Positions 24,857 to 36,708 are shown, numbered from the whole stretch's first letter. The stretch is DNA of 55,855 nt, filler included, from Catajapyx aquilonaris (GCA_000934665.2; 2 parts of 2 records of this genome joined end to end with filler, not necessarily neighbours in it), one strand, 5' to 3'. A program made the numbers and translations. The notes: generated by a model from the sequence alone, not told the origin.

Positions 24857-26186
24857 GTCTCTGGATGGAGAATAAAAGATCAGTGTTGGTGGAGGAAAAT
24901 ATCATAAATATTAAATTAGAATTTATATAAAAAAGAAGTTAGTAAGTAAACATTTCTCTTGATTTTCACATTGCTATACCTATACTTTTCGTTGCACGTT
25001 GAAAGATTTCTTTGATCCATATAGCTTCAAAATTGCGCATTTATTAGGCCTAGGGTAAATACTGCATGGCCTGAATAAATATTCTATACAGTCCACTGCT
25101 AATTGTCCACAAGAAACATTCCTTGCTTTCTTACTCTATTATGTAATTTTTCCATATAGAAGTGCTATTCACTCTGTGGGTGGCTCTGTTGTTCATATCA
25201 TTTTATTGTTTACTGTGCACCTGTTTCTGGTTTGATTTCCACAGGTAAAAACCTGCATGCCAGTAGTTCACTAATATACAGTACATCACTACAGTATTAA
25301 CTGTATACATGCATACGTACATATCAGCCTAACACTTTTCTGTACAAAGTAGACACAGCAATATTGTAGCACTGCTCACAATAATATTGCAGTGTTATTA
25401 TTTTGATACAAAATAAGAATATGCCTGTAACAAATCATACCGCTTATTTTATTCCAGTGTATACACCGTGCGCCAGGTGTGCTATGAGATCATGTTTTGT
25501 TGATAACCTCTCACAAACGAGCATTTTAACACATGTTTAAGTATTAAGTGCACCCCCCACTGGTCCTCGAAATCGCCATATTGAATCCCCGTCTGATGGT
25601 TTCAATTATATTGAAAAGAAGTCCAAGGGGCAGGAAGTGACCACCTGCTGATTCGGGCACATGGGTCATTATTGGCCCTCCCTTTAGAGAACATGGCAAA
25701 GAATGGAGTCGGAGGGTCGGATAAAAAGGAAGGGGCACGTGTGACCCCGAAAAATTCTCCCTCCCCTACCACCACACCACACCCTGCGTCCCTGCCCTCC
25801 CCCACCCCCTCTCCGTTAGGTCCAACCCCAAGCAAAACCAGACTCCTTTGTCAAAAGAAAAAAAGAAGAGGCTCTCCCCCGAAGGGCACGGGTCTCTCGG
25901 AGGAACACAATCACACATTTTCGCCTTAGCAAGCGAAGCAGCCTGGCCGGAAATACCGAAGGTTGCAGAAAATTGGCGTAACCAGAGTCGTCTCCTTATA
26001 TTTTTTTGTGTGTGTGGAGGTGCAGGTGCTCTAAAACCCAATGCCAAAACTGGACTTGAGTAAAAAAAAAAGTGGGTCACCACCAGTGATTTATGGACAC
26101 TTTTGTAGGTTACAACTGGTACAACATGTACCTATCAGTTTGGCATAATCATATCAAGTACAGTCATTTGAGATATACTCGTACTA

Positions 26187-26618
26187 CAGTTGAATCCGGA
26201 TATAATAGAATTCAGGTGGGACAGCGGGAAAAGTACGTTATAACCGAGGTCTGTTATAGCCAAATCGCAACTTTCGCAACTAATACACAGTTTTCTGCTT
26301 CCCATATGCCTATAACGCACACGACTACATAATTACACTGATTAATTAAATCAATCCCCAAGAAAATGCAACATATATTAGCTCACCCGAAAGTTATGCA
26401 GGACCAAAAATATTCTTAATTTTCTTCTGCCGTCTCCTTTTCGCTAATTATTATTTGTCAGGAAATGCGCATTTTCCCTTCAAGGGGCCAAGAAATGGTC
26501 TGTTATAACAGAGGTGAGATGAAAATGGGTCCGGTATATCCGGAGGTAAAATACACAGTGCATTATATGGAAGTAGGACGGGACCACCTTTCGAGTCTGT
26601 TATAGCCAGATTCAACTG
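26187..26618. mobile_element. pogo/Tigger-type (Tc1/mariner superfamily) MITE, family 1, copy 1
   Basis: TA|CAGTTGAATCCGGATATAA ... TTATAGCCAGATTCAACTG|TG. The interior is homologous, in the opposite orientation, to 38909-39671. Confidence 0.85.
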
Positions 26619-27882
26619 TGATGTCGGTGAAGAATTCAATATAATTATAGATGATTTATCATTGACACTACCGGTAATTGAAAGTACTGCAACTTAATTT
26701 TTATTAATGCACTATTTAATTGTATTTAAATTACAATGTCATGATATGGTATGATGCTGGTTGCTGAATTATTTTCTCCTACACCACAGTGTAAGCCTGT
26801 GACAAAATGTGTCGTTGCCTTTCGCTTCAACCGGATCGGATCCATTGTTGCATGTGTCCCACATGCAACCTGCACCTAACAATAAATTGCATTATACAAT
26901 ATAAATCCACACACTGCCCAAAAAAATAAATCACACACACATATCACACCAAAAAAAAAGTCACAACCACTATTTTTTTTGCAAAATAATTCCCAATCGA
27001 AAAACCTGCACTGTTTGGCAAGTCAGACATGAATGATGTGTAATGTGTGAGGATGAATCGGGGGCGTATGGCCCACCCACACCCCCCCCCGGAAAATATT
27101 GATCTTTCTCTCTCCGGGTCGCATAGTCCCTGTGTGCAAAACCTGGGGATTGGTCCAATCTCACCAATGGCGGTGGCAAAGGAGGGGGGGGGGGGGGNGG
27201 GGGGGGGGCCTTGAACAAGGGCAAGGACTCCCCCCCAATTTTTTTTCTCTTTCTCTAGAAAAAAAGGGGGAAAATACACACACATTATATTCTCCCCCAA
27301 AAAATATAACCAGTTTGAAATACTTGTTGCCACGCTCTCAGTTTAGCCGTCCCAATATGACCATTCTATTTATAAACGGGAACAGCGACCTTCACTCAAT
27401 TATATGGCAAAAAAATAGGCCTGCATGCTGCTGTGTACATCGGATTTACTGTGCTGTATGTTCTGAAGTTTTTTTTTTTAAATTAGGAGATTACGATTGG
27501 GTTTAAGTTAACAACCGGTTTGTGTCATTTTTAAAAAACCACGTGGTTGTACGACACTTTGGGTATTTCCAACGCTGCTTACAAAGCGCGGGAAACCGGC
27601 AACCCCCCACTACTCTCCACCCCGACCCCCAACCCTCCAAAAACAAGAAAGTTTACACACTCAAGCTGCTCCAATCACACATCGCCCCAATGGAAAAAAA
27701 GACCAATCAGGATAATCCGCTGGGTGGTGTAAACAACCGGTGTTGCGCTTACACTGTGCGGCGATGTTCAATCTCGGTGGTTTCCGATTGGGTGTTTGTA
27801 CCACTGTGGCCAATCAGACACCGCGTCTGCTTCAACAGCGGTGTTGTGCAGTCACGTGACCAAGCTTTGGACGAATCGACCG

Positions 27883-27982
27883 NNNNNNNNNNNNNNNNNN
27901 NNNNNNNNNNNNNNNNNNNNNNNNNNTTAATTAATTAANNNNNNNNNNNNNNNNNNNNNNNNNNNNNNNNNNNNNNNNNNNN
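27883..27982. other. Assembly gap with an artificial spacer
   Basis: 44 N + TTAATTAATTAA (27927-27938, stops in all six frames) + 44 N = 100 bp. Confidence 0.95.
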
Positions 27983-28402
27983 CCCGGAAATAAAAAGTTC
28001 ACACTCCTGGCTCATTTTTCTATGTCACAAAATAGCTTAAATATTTTGAAATAACTGTGATTCCATGGCATGAAGGGTCATCTTGAACCCACAGAAATTT
28101 CCAGAGTCAACGTTTGTTCTGGACCGTGATATTAATCCCAATGGATCCTAATGCATCCAAAGGTCATTCTTCTGGCTCCCAAACTCCCGGAAATAAAAAG
28201 TTCACACTCCTGGCTCATTTTTCTATGTCACAAAATAGTTTAAATGTTTTGAAATAACTGTGATTCCATGGCATGAAGGGTCTTCTTGAACCCACAGAAA
28301 TCTCCATAGACAACGTTTGTTCTGGACCGTGATATTAATCCTATTGCATGCATAGGTCATTCTTCTGGCTCCCGAACTCCTGGAAATATTCACTCTCCTG
28401 GC
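27983..28402. repeat. Tandem repeat with a ~200-bp unit (two copies plus a partial third) abutting the gap
   Basis: CCCGGAAATAAAAAGTTCACACTCCTGGCTCATTTTTCTATGTCACAAAATAG starts at 27983 and again at 28186. A degenerate third start lies near 28379. Confidence 0.9.
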
Positions 28403-28552
28403 ATAGAATATCAGAATTAGTTCTCCATATTTTTCCCTGATTTGTGACCTCATATAGAGTAAGTGAGAATTCTTCCAGATTTTTAAAACAAGTTTTGAAA
28501 TTCATTAATTCTTACTTTGAAAATGGTAAATTTTGGGAGAATCACCCATTTA

Positions 28553-28882
28553 CAGGGTGTTTCAACTTTTTTGTCCGAACAGTTATTGGAAAATTGCACG
28601 TAGCTGCTACTTTGTAAGCAGTGACTTGCAAACTGTGATTTTTCGGAGCAACGGGGAATATTCCCTGCGAATCGTAGGTTGAAGTGGCATACGTGCTGCC
28701 CGCTGAAAATTGAGGGTTAAGCCTGGAAAAATGAGGGTCCCACATGCCATGGGATGTGTGACCCTCTTTTTCCCCATTCCCCATTCCGCCGACAAATCAC
28801 CGGTAGCAAGTCACTGCTTACAAAGTAGCAGCTACGTACAATTTTCCGATAACTGTTCGGACCAAAAAGTTGAAACACCATG
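28553..28882. mobile_element. Tc1/mariner-type MITE with ~77-bp TIRs
   Basis: TA|CAGGGTGTTTCAACTTTTTTGTCCGAACAGTTATTGGAAAATTG...GTGACTTGC is mirrored by GCAAGTCAC...AAAAAGTTGAAACACCATG. Confidence 0.9.
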
Positions 28883-28883
28883 T

Positions 28884-29101
28884 GATAAATGTTTGCGTTG
28901 ACATTTTTCGATCCAGAAATAACATTAAAGCTGCCAATTTAGCAATTGTATAATTGTTATAAAGCACCAATGAGACAGCTGATCGCTTCAAAATGATTGT
29001 GTAAAGGAATCTGATTGGTGTTTTATAACAATTATACAATTGCTAAATTGGCAGCTTTAATGTTATTTCTGGATCGAAAAATGTCAACTCAAACATTTAT
29101 C
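28884..29101. mobile_element. Foldback MITE with ~85-bp near-perfect TIRs and a short spacer
   Basis: GATAAATGTTTGCGTTGACATTTTTCGATCCAGAAATAACATTAAAGCTGCC... and its reverse complement ending ...GTCAACTCAAACATTTATC. This also explains the mirrored ORFs in the track. Confidence 0.85.
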
Positions 29102-31938
29102 CTAGTGAAAAGTATTTTTAGGTCATCCTTACACGACAATAAAAATTATCGAAAAATTGTGAAACCCACTCCTTTCTTAGAAGCGCCTAAAATGCACAAA
29201 ATGTTTTATTGTTGACAAAATATTGCATTTCTGTATTACAAATTTTACGGAAATATCTAGCACAGATTTCCTGTGCAATTTCATTTGCAATTTAAAACAA
29301 ATCGTATGGGCAGATTCATCAGGAATGTGATAATCAAAATTTTGGTCGCCATTTTGGATCTAAAATTTTGGATCTTATTAAGATGAGGATAGCCATCTTA
29401 CAGAGCGTAAAAATATCTTTCCAATGCACACATCAAGTTAAAGATTTAACCCGATATACTGGCCGTTATGGTCCTCCAAGTGACAGCATACGGGTCCGGA
29501 GCGCGTCCCGGGTGAGTTTTCGCCATCTTTTGTAGCAGGTGAGATTCCAAAAAGCCCCTCCTAGACTTTTCGGAAATATGAAGGAAGCATTTCAAGCTTC
29601 ATTTTGAGTGCCATTCAAAAAATCTCAAAAGTGTCGAACTTTGAGTTACATTAAAATAATAATTTGGCCGCCATTTTTAATCCGAAATATTTACTTCCGG
29701 CAATGTTCGGTGCGATATAATGAAAGGCCGTTAAAATAGCTTCCTAAAGCACTTATCACATTTAGATTCACTTCAGGGGTTCAGAAGTTACGATCCTCCA
29801 TTCGAAGCCCTGACAGCGAAAAATGAGTGAAAAATGGCAATTAGGACACCCTGTAGTTTCGAAACCACGTGACACAGGGAGACAAAATTTAGGGCATTTA
29901 TATATACCGACGAGTACTCCACACATGCAAATTTTAGTCGCCATTGGAATAGATTTGTCGGGGGGTGGTCCGCTTGCCTCATATATAATATACAGTATAG
30001 TATATACTCATCGACTTATGCAGTCCTGCCAAATTATTATACCTCTGCGTTGCGCGGTTGCATAACTACAGGGTGTCAAATATGCCAGTTTTTGGACATT
30101 TTTGCTACGTTCGTTGTGACTTACATGGCCATATCTCCTATAAGGTCAGGTCGAATATAACATTTGATATGTGCATTCGAAGGATAATCCTACGCTCTAT
30201 GAGATGGTCATACTCAAAATTGAAAAATTCAAAAATATCAAATCAAATCATTGCTTTTGATATTGGTCATGAATCGACCCCTACGATTCACATTTCCGAA
30301 AAATCAGGAGAACCCTTTTTTGATATTGGCCGACAATAATAACTTTTTTGGTTTCAAACGCGTCCCGTCAGTGTGGTCACCTCATTTGGAGGACCATAAC
30401 TAGGAGAAGGTATATCTCATTTTTGCTCTGTGCGGAATTGGCCTTTTTTGCACCCAGCCCCTGTATTTTGAGAGATTTCGGCTAGTAATGGCAGAGGCCA
30501 GTTCGCGCCTGCCATTAGGCGTAACCACGGACGTAACTGTTCCACAATGAGTCCGAGTGTTGGAGTTCATTTGACCTGAAATGGATATAACCCGATGACT
30601 TTAATTTTAAATTAATAAAATATGCCTATTATGAAAAAGTCATTTACACGTGATGTTTGAGCTCACTGAATACGATTATTTTACCTTATGAACATATTTA
30701 AATTTAAAGTTGAAATAAAACATTCGTGAATTAAAAGCCGATCTAAAACAAGTCTGACAAGAATTGACAAGGAATTGAGTTACACATTATTTTGACTAAA
30801 ACTTACCTTACGTGAGTTATTTCTCGTCATCTAGGCGGGAGAATAACAATGCATGTAATGTCAGTTGAAAAAGTATCGCCGAAAGAAAATTGCGCGGTAT
30901 GAATACAGCATGAAAGTTTTCCTTCACTACAATGGTAATGATTCTTCTGTTCACACCTAGATGAAAACTGTGCCACTGCTGGCTAGGAACAAATGAGACT
31001 AAATTAGTGACTGTCAGCTACAGCGTTATTTCATCGCTTGTTTTATCTTGTGATGGACGTCCCGCACTTAATAGGATGACGAAGAGCGTGGTGCAAGACG
31101 GGGGTGTTGCTACCCAAATGCATTCTCAATGGGATTTGCCTTTGCTTAATTTATTTCCAGCGCTTGCAACCAGCACGCTAGGGGACTCCCCTCCCGCTTT
31201 CCCCGCTCTCCCCTTTCCTGAGAGCCAACCTCTTTAGATGACTTGGTGACAAGGACGACATTAATTCCCTGTTATCTTTGTCACTGTAACAGGCTAGCTT
31301 TTGAGAGCCATGAACCTCCAGAGGGGGACAGTAAAAATGAGAGCCGCAAACATGAAATGTTTGTTTACTCGCATCGGAGCAACGGTGATTTTCAGGGTGG
31401 ATTACAAACTGTGTGTTACGGCATTAAATACAACGCCTATGATGTAATTTTTTATTGTTTTAAGGAGCATTTTCGAAGACATTGCAGTGGTGCTTTGGGT
31501 ACAATAATTTACATACTGTATTTACCATGTTATCTTTTAGTAGGTAAATATTTTAACCATGTTACTTATGGTTTTAAAATCTTAAATTCAATAAGGTCAC
31601 ATTTTGCTTGCAAAAGATAATGGGTGGAATTTTTGTTCCACTCGGTTCCACTGCTAGTTACTTCTAATTTAGGAGTATCCGTGTTGGCACTGGTACCGTT
31701 GCTAACAAGTTAGCAGTATCTAGCAGTTGGACGGAAATTCGATACAATTCATTTGGAGAGCCCATTATTGGACCCAATGAAGCAACAATTTCTGAAATTT
31801 TACATAGAAGTACAGTAGCCTACATTGGAAGTAATGCTACTTCCACGGTACTTATATGTGATCTTCTACGAGACACATAACTTAGGTGGCAAGGGAATTT
31901 CAAATGACCTCTACACATCTTGTAAACAGTTCAAAAAG

Positions 31939-32046
31939 AATTGTCCCTCGCGTCGAGCGGGCAGCCACCAGTCAGGATGAAAGCAACCAGTTAACTGGTT
32001 CCTTTCATCCTGACGCGTGGCTGCCCGCTCGACGCGAGGGACAATT
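31939..32046. repeat. Spacerless ~108-bp palindrome (probable hairpin MITE)
   Basis: AATTGTCCCTCGCGTCGAGCGGGCAGCCAC...CCAGTT|AACTGG...GTGGCTGCCCGCTCGACGCGAGGGACAATT. Confidence 0.9.
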
Positions 32047-32372
32047 ATTTTTGCACTGATGATACCTGCAGTAAGCATCCCTTGTCCATAATACAGGATG
32101 TCCCAAAAATAACTGCACTAGAATGTACAGGCCAAACGTCACTATGCAGAAAAGTACCACGCACCACGTTGCAGTGTTTCCCACGGATGATTTTGGAAAT
32201 GTCCCCACGGACCTGAAGCCATATCTGGAGACTGCTTTCAGTGAACTCCAAAGATAATATTCTGGAGGAGTCTGGTCAGAAGAATGAGCAGGCCAGATCC
32301 CATGCGGACAATAAGAGGCTCAAGGTGTGTTCACAACTCTCGTGAATCTGTCACAGCGAGAGCGAGAAGCCA

Positions 32373-32674
32373 ATTCGTGAATTCGTGACATTTTAAGGCC
32401 CATTCACACAGGCCGTCGACGGTTTTGGTTTGGTTTTAGTTTTGGTTTTGGTTTTGGACCAATCAGAGCGGGCCCTCACGGTAACCATGACGCGTTGTTT
32501 ACGTGAGGGCCCGTTCTGATTGGTCCGCGGCGTCGACGAGACCAAAAACCAAAACCGTCGACGGCCTGTGCGAATGGGCCTTTAGAGTGGGCAAGAAATT
32601 AATTAAGTGACGAACGTTCCGTTCGTCACTTAATTAATTTCTTGCCCACTCTAAAATGTCACGAATTCACGAAT
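32373..32674. repeat. Perfect hairpin element (middle layer), interrupted by the 32396-32581 MITE
   Basis: Removing 32396-32584 restores ATTCGTGAATTCGTGACATTTTAGAGTGGGCAAGAAATTAATTAAGTGACGAACG-ttc-exact reverse complement. Confidence 0.85.
32396..32581. mobile_element. PIF/Harbinger (Tourist-like) MITE, innermost layer
   Basis: TTA|AGGCCCATTCACACAGGCCGTCGACGGTTTTGG ... CCAAAACCGTCGACGGCCTGTGCGAATGGGCCT|TTA; TTA TSD. Confidence 0.9.
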
Positions 32675-33647
32675 CCTGGCAAGCTATGATAATATTTATG
32701 GGTTGCCTTGTGTCAAACACGGTAAAATATATGATGCATTAAAACTCCGCGTCTTGGCGAGTTTCTCGCTCCCGCTCCCGCTCTCAAGGTGTGTTTCCAA
32801 GCTCGCGAGAACAGGTGTTAGCAGCAGTAGTGTGAATTCTCAGGCGAATGGGGTTCTAGAATTGGTTTCTCTTTCTCGCTCACGCTTTCGCTAAGGCCGT
32901 TTCTCACGAGCTTGGGAACGCACCTTCAGTTATTGTAGGCGGTGGATCTGCCTTTTAATGAGCGATTTAAAATATTCTTTGCCTTTAGTTACCTTTATTT
33001 GTACGTGGTCTAACACAGGCTGTCCCCCTGGGCAGGAGTACCTTCGGGATCGCGTGGCCCGTCCACTTTTAATACTGTATTTATTACCAATAAATGTACA
33101 GTGGCAAAGATAGAAGAGCTGCTGCCCTGCCGCTACCAGTGCAAGGTAAACTGAGACCAATAGGTTTGTTAGTTTACTGGGAATGGAGACGAATTTTTAT
33201 TGGCTTTTGGGTGTTTTTGTCGTTTTGTTGAACATCCCACTTTTAAATGGGATATCTGTGGTAATTGTGCTTCTACAAGCACATCCTGATACGTTCATAT
33301 GATCCACCTTTACATAGCCAACTATCCGTAGCAAATAAGTAGCTTTTTTAAAATCATAGTAGCGTGTTGCTCAGATGCTATGCACAAATAATACCATTTA
33401 TGATGAATTATTAAATGCCTTTGATTAGAAAAAAGCATAAAACAACACTTTCATCAAATTTGCTATAACCCCAGGAAAGCACTATGTGTTCGTTTCATTA
33501 ATATGAATGAACCCGACCAAGGATAGAATTTTTAAACGCTGAAAATCCTATGCTGCCCCATATAAAGTAATCCTCTCTCCTGGCGTCTCCTCTAGCGGCG
33601 AATATTGGCGAATTAGTCGAGCAGGTTTCTATATAGTAGATCCCAGT

Positions 33648-33703
33648 CAGTGGTGTATCCAGAACAGTGGCTTTTCATGCCTCCCATCCTGGATACGCCA
33701 CTG
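33648..33703. mobile_element. Minimal 56-bp hAT-type MITE
   Basis: CAGTGGTGTATCCAG ... CTGGATACGCCACTG flanked by an 8-bp TSD, ATCCCAGT / ATTCCAGT (7/8 match). Confidence 0.75.
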
Positions 33704-33911
33704 ATTCCAGTGTGCAATGATTATCTCTCCCGGATACTGTATCGATCGCTTGTGGCACAAAATCGCCGATATGTGAATCTGCCTTTACTGTGGAACTAAT
33801 CCCCAGTTTTAGAACCAAAGCCTCTATACCGTACTCGTCACGGAGAGAAGCTCCACTGGTGAGAGCGAGAAATATAACCTCCTCTCCCTTTGAGAAAAAC
33901 TTTGCATTATA

Positions 33912-34336
33912 CAGGGTGTATCTGAACTCAGTGCCCCGACGTATATGACTGCCTTCCTAGCCACCAGAGGATCGATTTAAGTATAGGAGTCATTATGTTT
34001 GGCCGCCGCATTACGGAGATAATTGGCCGCAAACATGTAGTACAAAATATCCTGTCGGTTAGGCCACCCATCGAACCCTCCCCCAGTCAGAAGGCTCTGG
34101 AAGGTCTGGGGGCGGGACTTTGTTGGTTTGTTGCCCACAGGTGGTAAGGCCTCTTTGGCTAGTTACACCAGAAAATTCTATTTAAAAGTCAGAAGGAGCG
34201 ATTAGGCAAAAATCGCTAAAGAGTGTATCTCAGTAATGAGGCTGCCCAGACATAATGACTCCTCTACATAAGTTGATCCTCTGGTGGCTAGGAAGGCAGT
34301 CATATACGTCGGGGCACTGAGTTCAGATACACCCTG
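33912..34336. mobile_element. Tc1/mariner-type MITE with ~90-bp TIRs
   Basis: TA|CAGGGTGTATCTGAACTCAGTGCCCCGACGTATATGACTGCCTTCCTAGCCACCAGAGGATC with an exact reverse complement ending TACACCCTG|TA. Confidence 0.92.
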
Positions 34337-35229
34337 TATACAGTAGACTAACAGTGAGAATGCAAGCCATGTTGCTTACTTTCAAACTCGTCCATGACAA
34401 AAATTCAATTGTTTAAAGTTTATAATTATTGGATTACTGTTTCTTTATTGCCAAAATCGATGTTTTTGTCACATTCTCTGCCTTCCTGGACGTACAGTAC
34501 CTATGATACGATTTTCAACAATGAAACAGTTATGTGAAAAACCACAGGGGTATAGTAGCAACTTACAGTAGATGTATTAGTTTGTGATTCTCTCACGCAC
34601 GTAGTAATCGTAATCCACAGCTGCTTAGGACAAAGGTGTGTGACAGTCACAATCAGATATCTTATATGACTTTCGGGGAGCCACACTGAAAATTCTAATT
34701 CCGGAAATGTCTGATAGGCAAATAATGCTGCAGAGGGAATAACTACTCTGCAGCTCGTATTCACAATTGCAAAATGACTTCAAGGACTGCACCAGTTTTT
34801 TATGCCAAAGATATGAAATCTTTGACGCATAAATTACTTGTAGGTCTGCTTTATTGACGTGTGTTTGGGGAAGTTGTTTTCAGTCCCGCATTGCTGCTTA
34901 TGTTTAATTGCAAGCACAAGATGGTATCACGGTAGGACGGTTTGTTTATGTGATTAGGGACCTTGTGGCCGTTTTTCTATGCAATATGCCAGTAGTAATG
35001 CTATGTTAATAATGAATCTGAAGACTGAGAAGGTACAGTACAATAGAGATTGTGTGTTCATTTCCGACAGTATTTGAAGATGGCAGACAGAACATGATAG
35101 AGGTAATACTGCTTTAGTTGGTCACAATGCTCTTGTCCTGCTCGTTTGCCTAAAGAAGTGGTGCACAATGAATGGACTCTTCGTCACCAACTGACCAGCA
35201 TCACTGAGCGAGTCTTAACTCGGTGTAAT

Positions 35230-35709
35230 TTATTTGTTTTACCCTGTGATAGGCCTACATAGGCCCTGTTGGGGGGGGGGGGGGGNTGGTACACCACGAT
35301 CAATTTTCCAGCAATTTTCTTGTATTATTTTTCTTTCCTCCAGTGCAAGGGGACAGGATAGGAATAATGAGGGGGAGACACTGGTGCAGGGGCAATGTCT
35401 CAAGTTGGGGGTCGTGTGCAGTCCCTCAGGGGGCCCGTTCGCCAAGATGATTATAATACTATATCATAATATTATAGATGCGGGTCAGAAATCTCCCACT
35501 GACACCGCACCTCCTCATGGACGGGACAAGGATAGGAAAGGAAGGAAGCGCCTGTGCCTATTATTTTAGGAAGCAATCCCGGAATTCTCCTGAGTGGACC
35601 GTGGGAAACCACAGAAAACCACGGTTAGTATTGCCGGCCCCGGGACTCGAACCCAGGACATCCCGATTAGCAGTCGAACACCTTATCCACTCCACCAAAC
35701 TGCTTCGGT
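35230..35709 (-). mobile_element. Chimeric tRNA-derived SINE (family A 5' half, family C-like 3' half)
   Basis: 15-bp TSD TTAACTCGGTGTAAT at 35215-35229 and 35710-35724. The head and body match 39244 and 41598; the distal half matches ~50695-50840. Confidence 0.85.
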
Positions 35710-36336
35710 TTAACTCGGTGTAATGGTATATAACTTAGCTATACTTGATTATCGCCTCAGAATGGCTAAGAGACGCCCAACAACCAGAGCATGTGCAGGT
35801 TGATCCAACTGAAATATCAGATTTTTAATTATTTTTAAGCAGTTACTTTTGGATAGTTAGTTCCTTTTCAACGTCTATAAAGGATATGGTCTGAAAATGG
35901 TTTAATGGTTCAGTCATTGGCATTCGTTGTCAATATTGCTCCAGTACGCGCGGGAAAAGGTTATGAAGTGCACATGACAATAGAGGCTACCCCAGACGGG
36001 AATAAAACGATTCTAACAGCTCTCACATGGGTGACAGAAGGCCTTATTGCCTTGGTCTCATTATGGTAGTTGAAAATCTGCATATTGTCCCCTTCCCTTT
36101 TGATTCGTTGATTGCTTACCAACAAAAACTCCAAATTTTGAGTAAGAAGCATAATATTATAGAACCTATTCAGTAGAAGCACACCCACCGTCATTCCCGC
36201 TTGTTGAATATTCAGTGCGGATATGAGATTCATAACTTGCCCAAAATATACCACCGGCAGTAGGTCACATGAGGTTATTTGCACCGTAAACAATTTTAAA
36301 AAGTTATGATATGCATATTATCATAATGTTCCAGTA

Positions 36337-36708
36337 GGGGAGTCGGAGTGGTGCTGCGGTAACGTATTCGCCCACGAATGTTAAGGTCCCGGGTTCGATC
36401 CCAGCCCGGGGACACCCCCTTCATCTCGTGCAGAGTTCATTGGGTCACCTCTGGCTTCGTCTCGGGTGGTATTTCCTACAGACTAAACCACCTGGGGGAG
36501 TTCACTAAAAATGGCCACATTAAGACATTGCACTGCACCTTGCACATCCCCTCCTGTCATCCTGCCCGTGGGCCCGGGCGCTTCAATAATTAGGTTCCAA
36601 ATATATACATCGTACAAATAAAGGTCCGTGCTATATGCCGAGAAGGCCAAGCACTACCCGGATATTATTATTATTATTATTATGATGATGATGATGATGA
36701 TGATTATG

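Larger units (their letters stand above)
32323..32925. mobile_element. PIF/Harbinger-like MITE, outer element of a nest
   Basis: TCA|AGGTGTGTTCACAACTCTCGTGA ... TCACGAGCTTGGGAACGCACCT|TCA; 3-bp TSD. Confidence 0.75.

Noticed and set aside
22291..26000. A second, cysteine-bridged calcitonin exon downstream of DH31
   Set aside because: I saw no C-x(4-7)-C...P-G-K/R reading frame behind an acceptor. This was a manual scan and could miss a divergent exon.
27927..27938. TTAATTAATTAA island inside the N run
   Set aside because: It is symmetrically padded by 44 N on each side, so it is an assembly spacer.
27983..28402. CRISPR-like array
   Set aside because: The ~200-bp units are contiguous with no unique spacers, there are no cas genes, and the context is eukaryotic.
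30801..30846. Minus-strand 24-nt micro-exon (CCTAG|ATGACGAGAAATAACTCACGTAAG|GTAAGT)
   Set aside because: No partner exons were found on the minus strand, and it lies in repeat-rich DNA.
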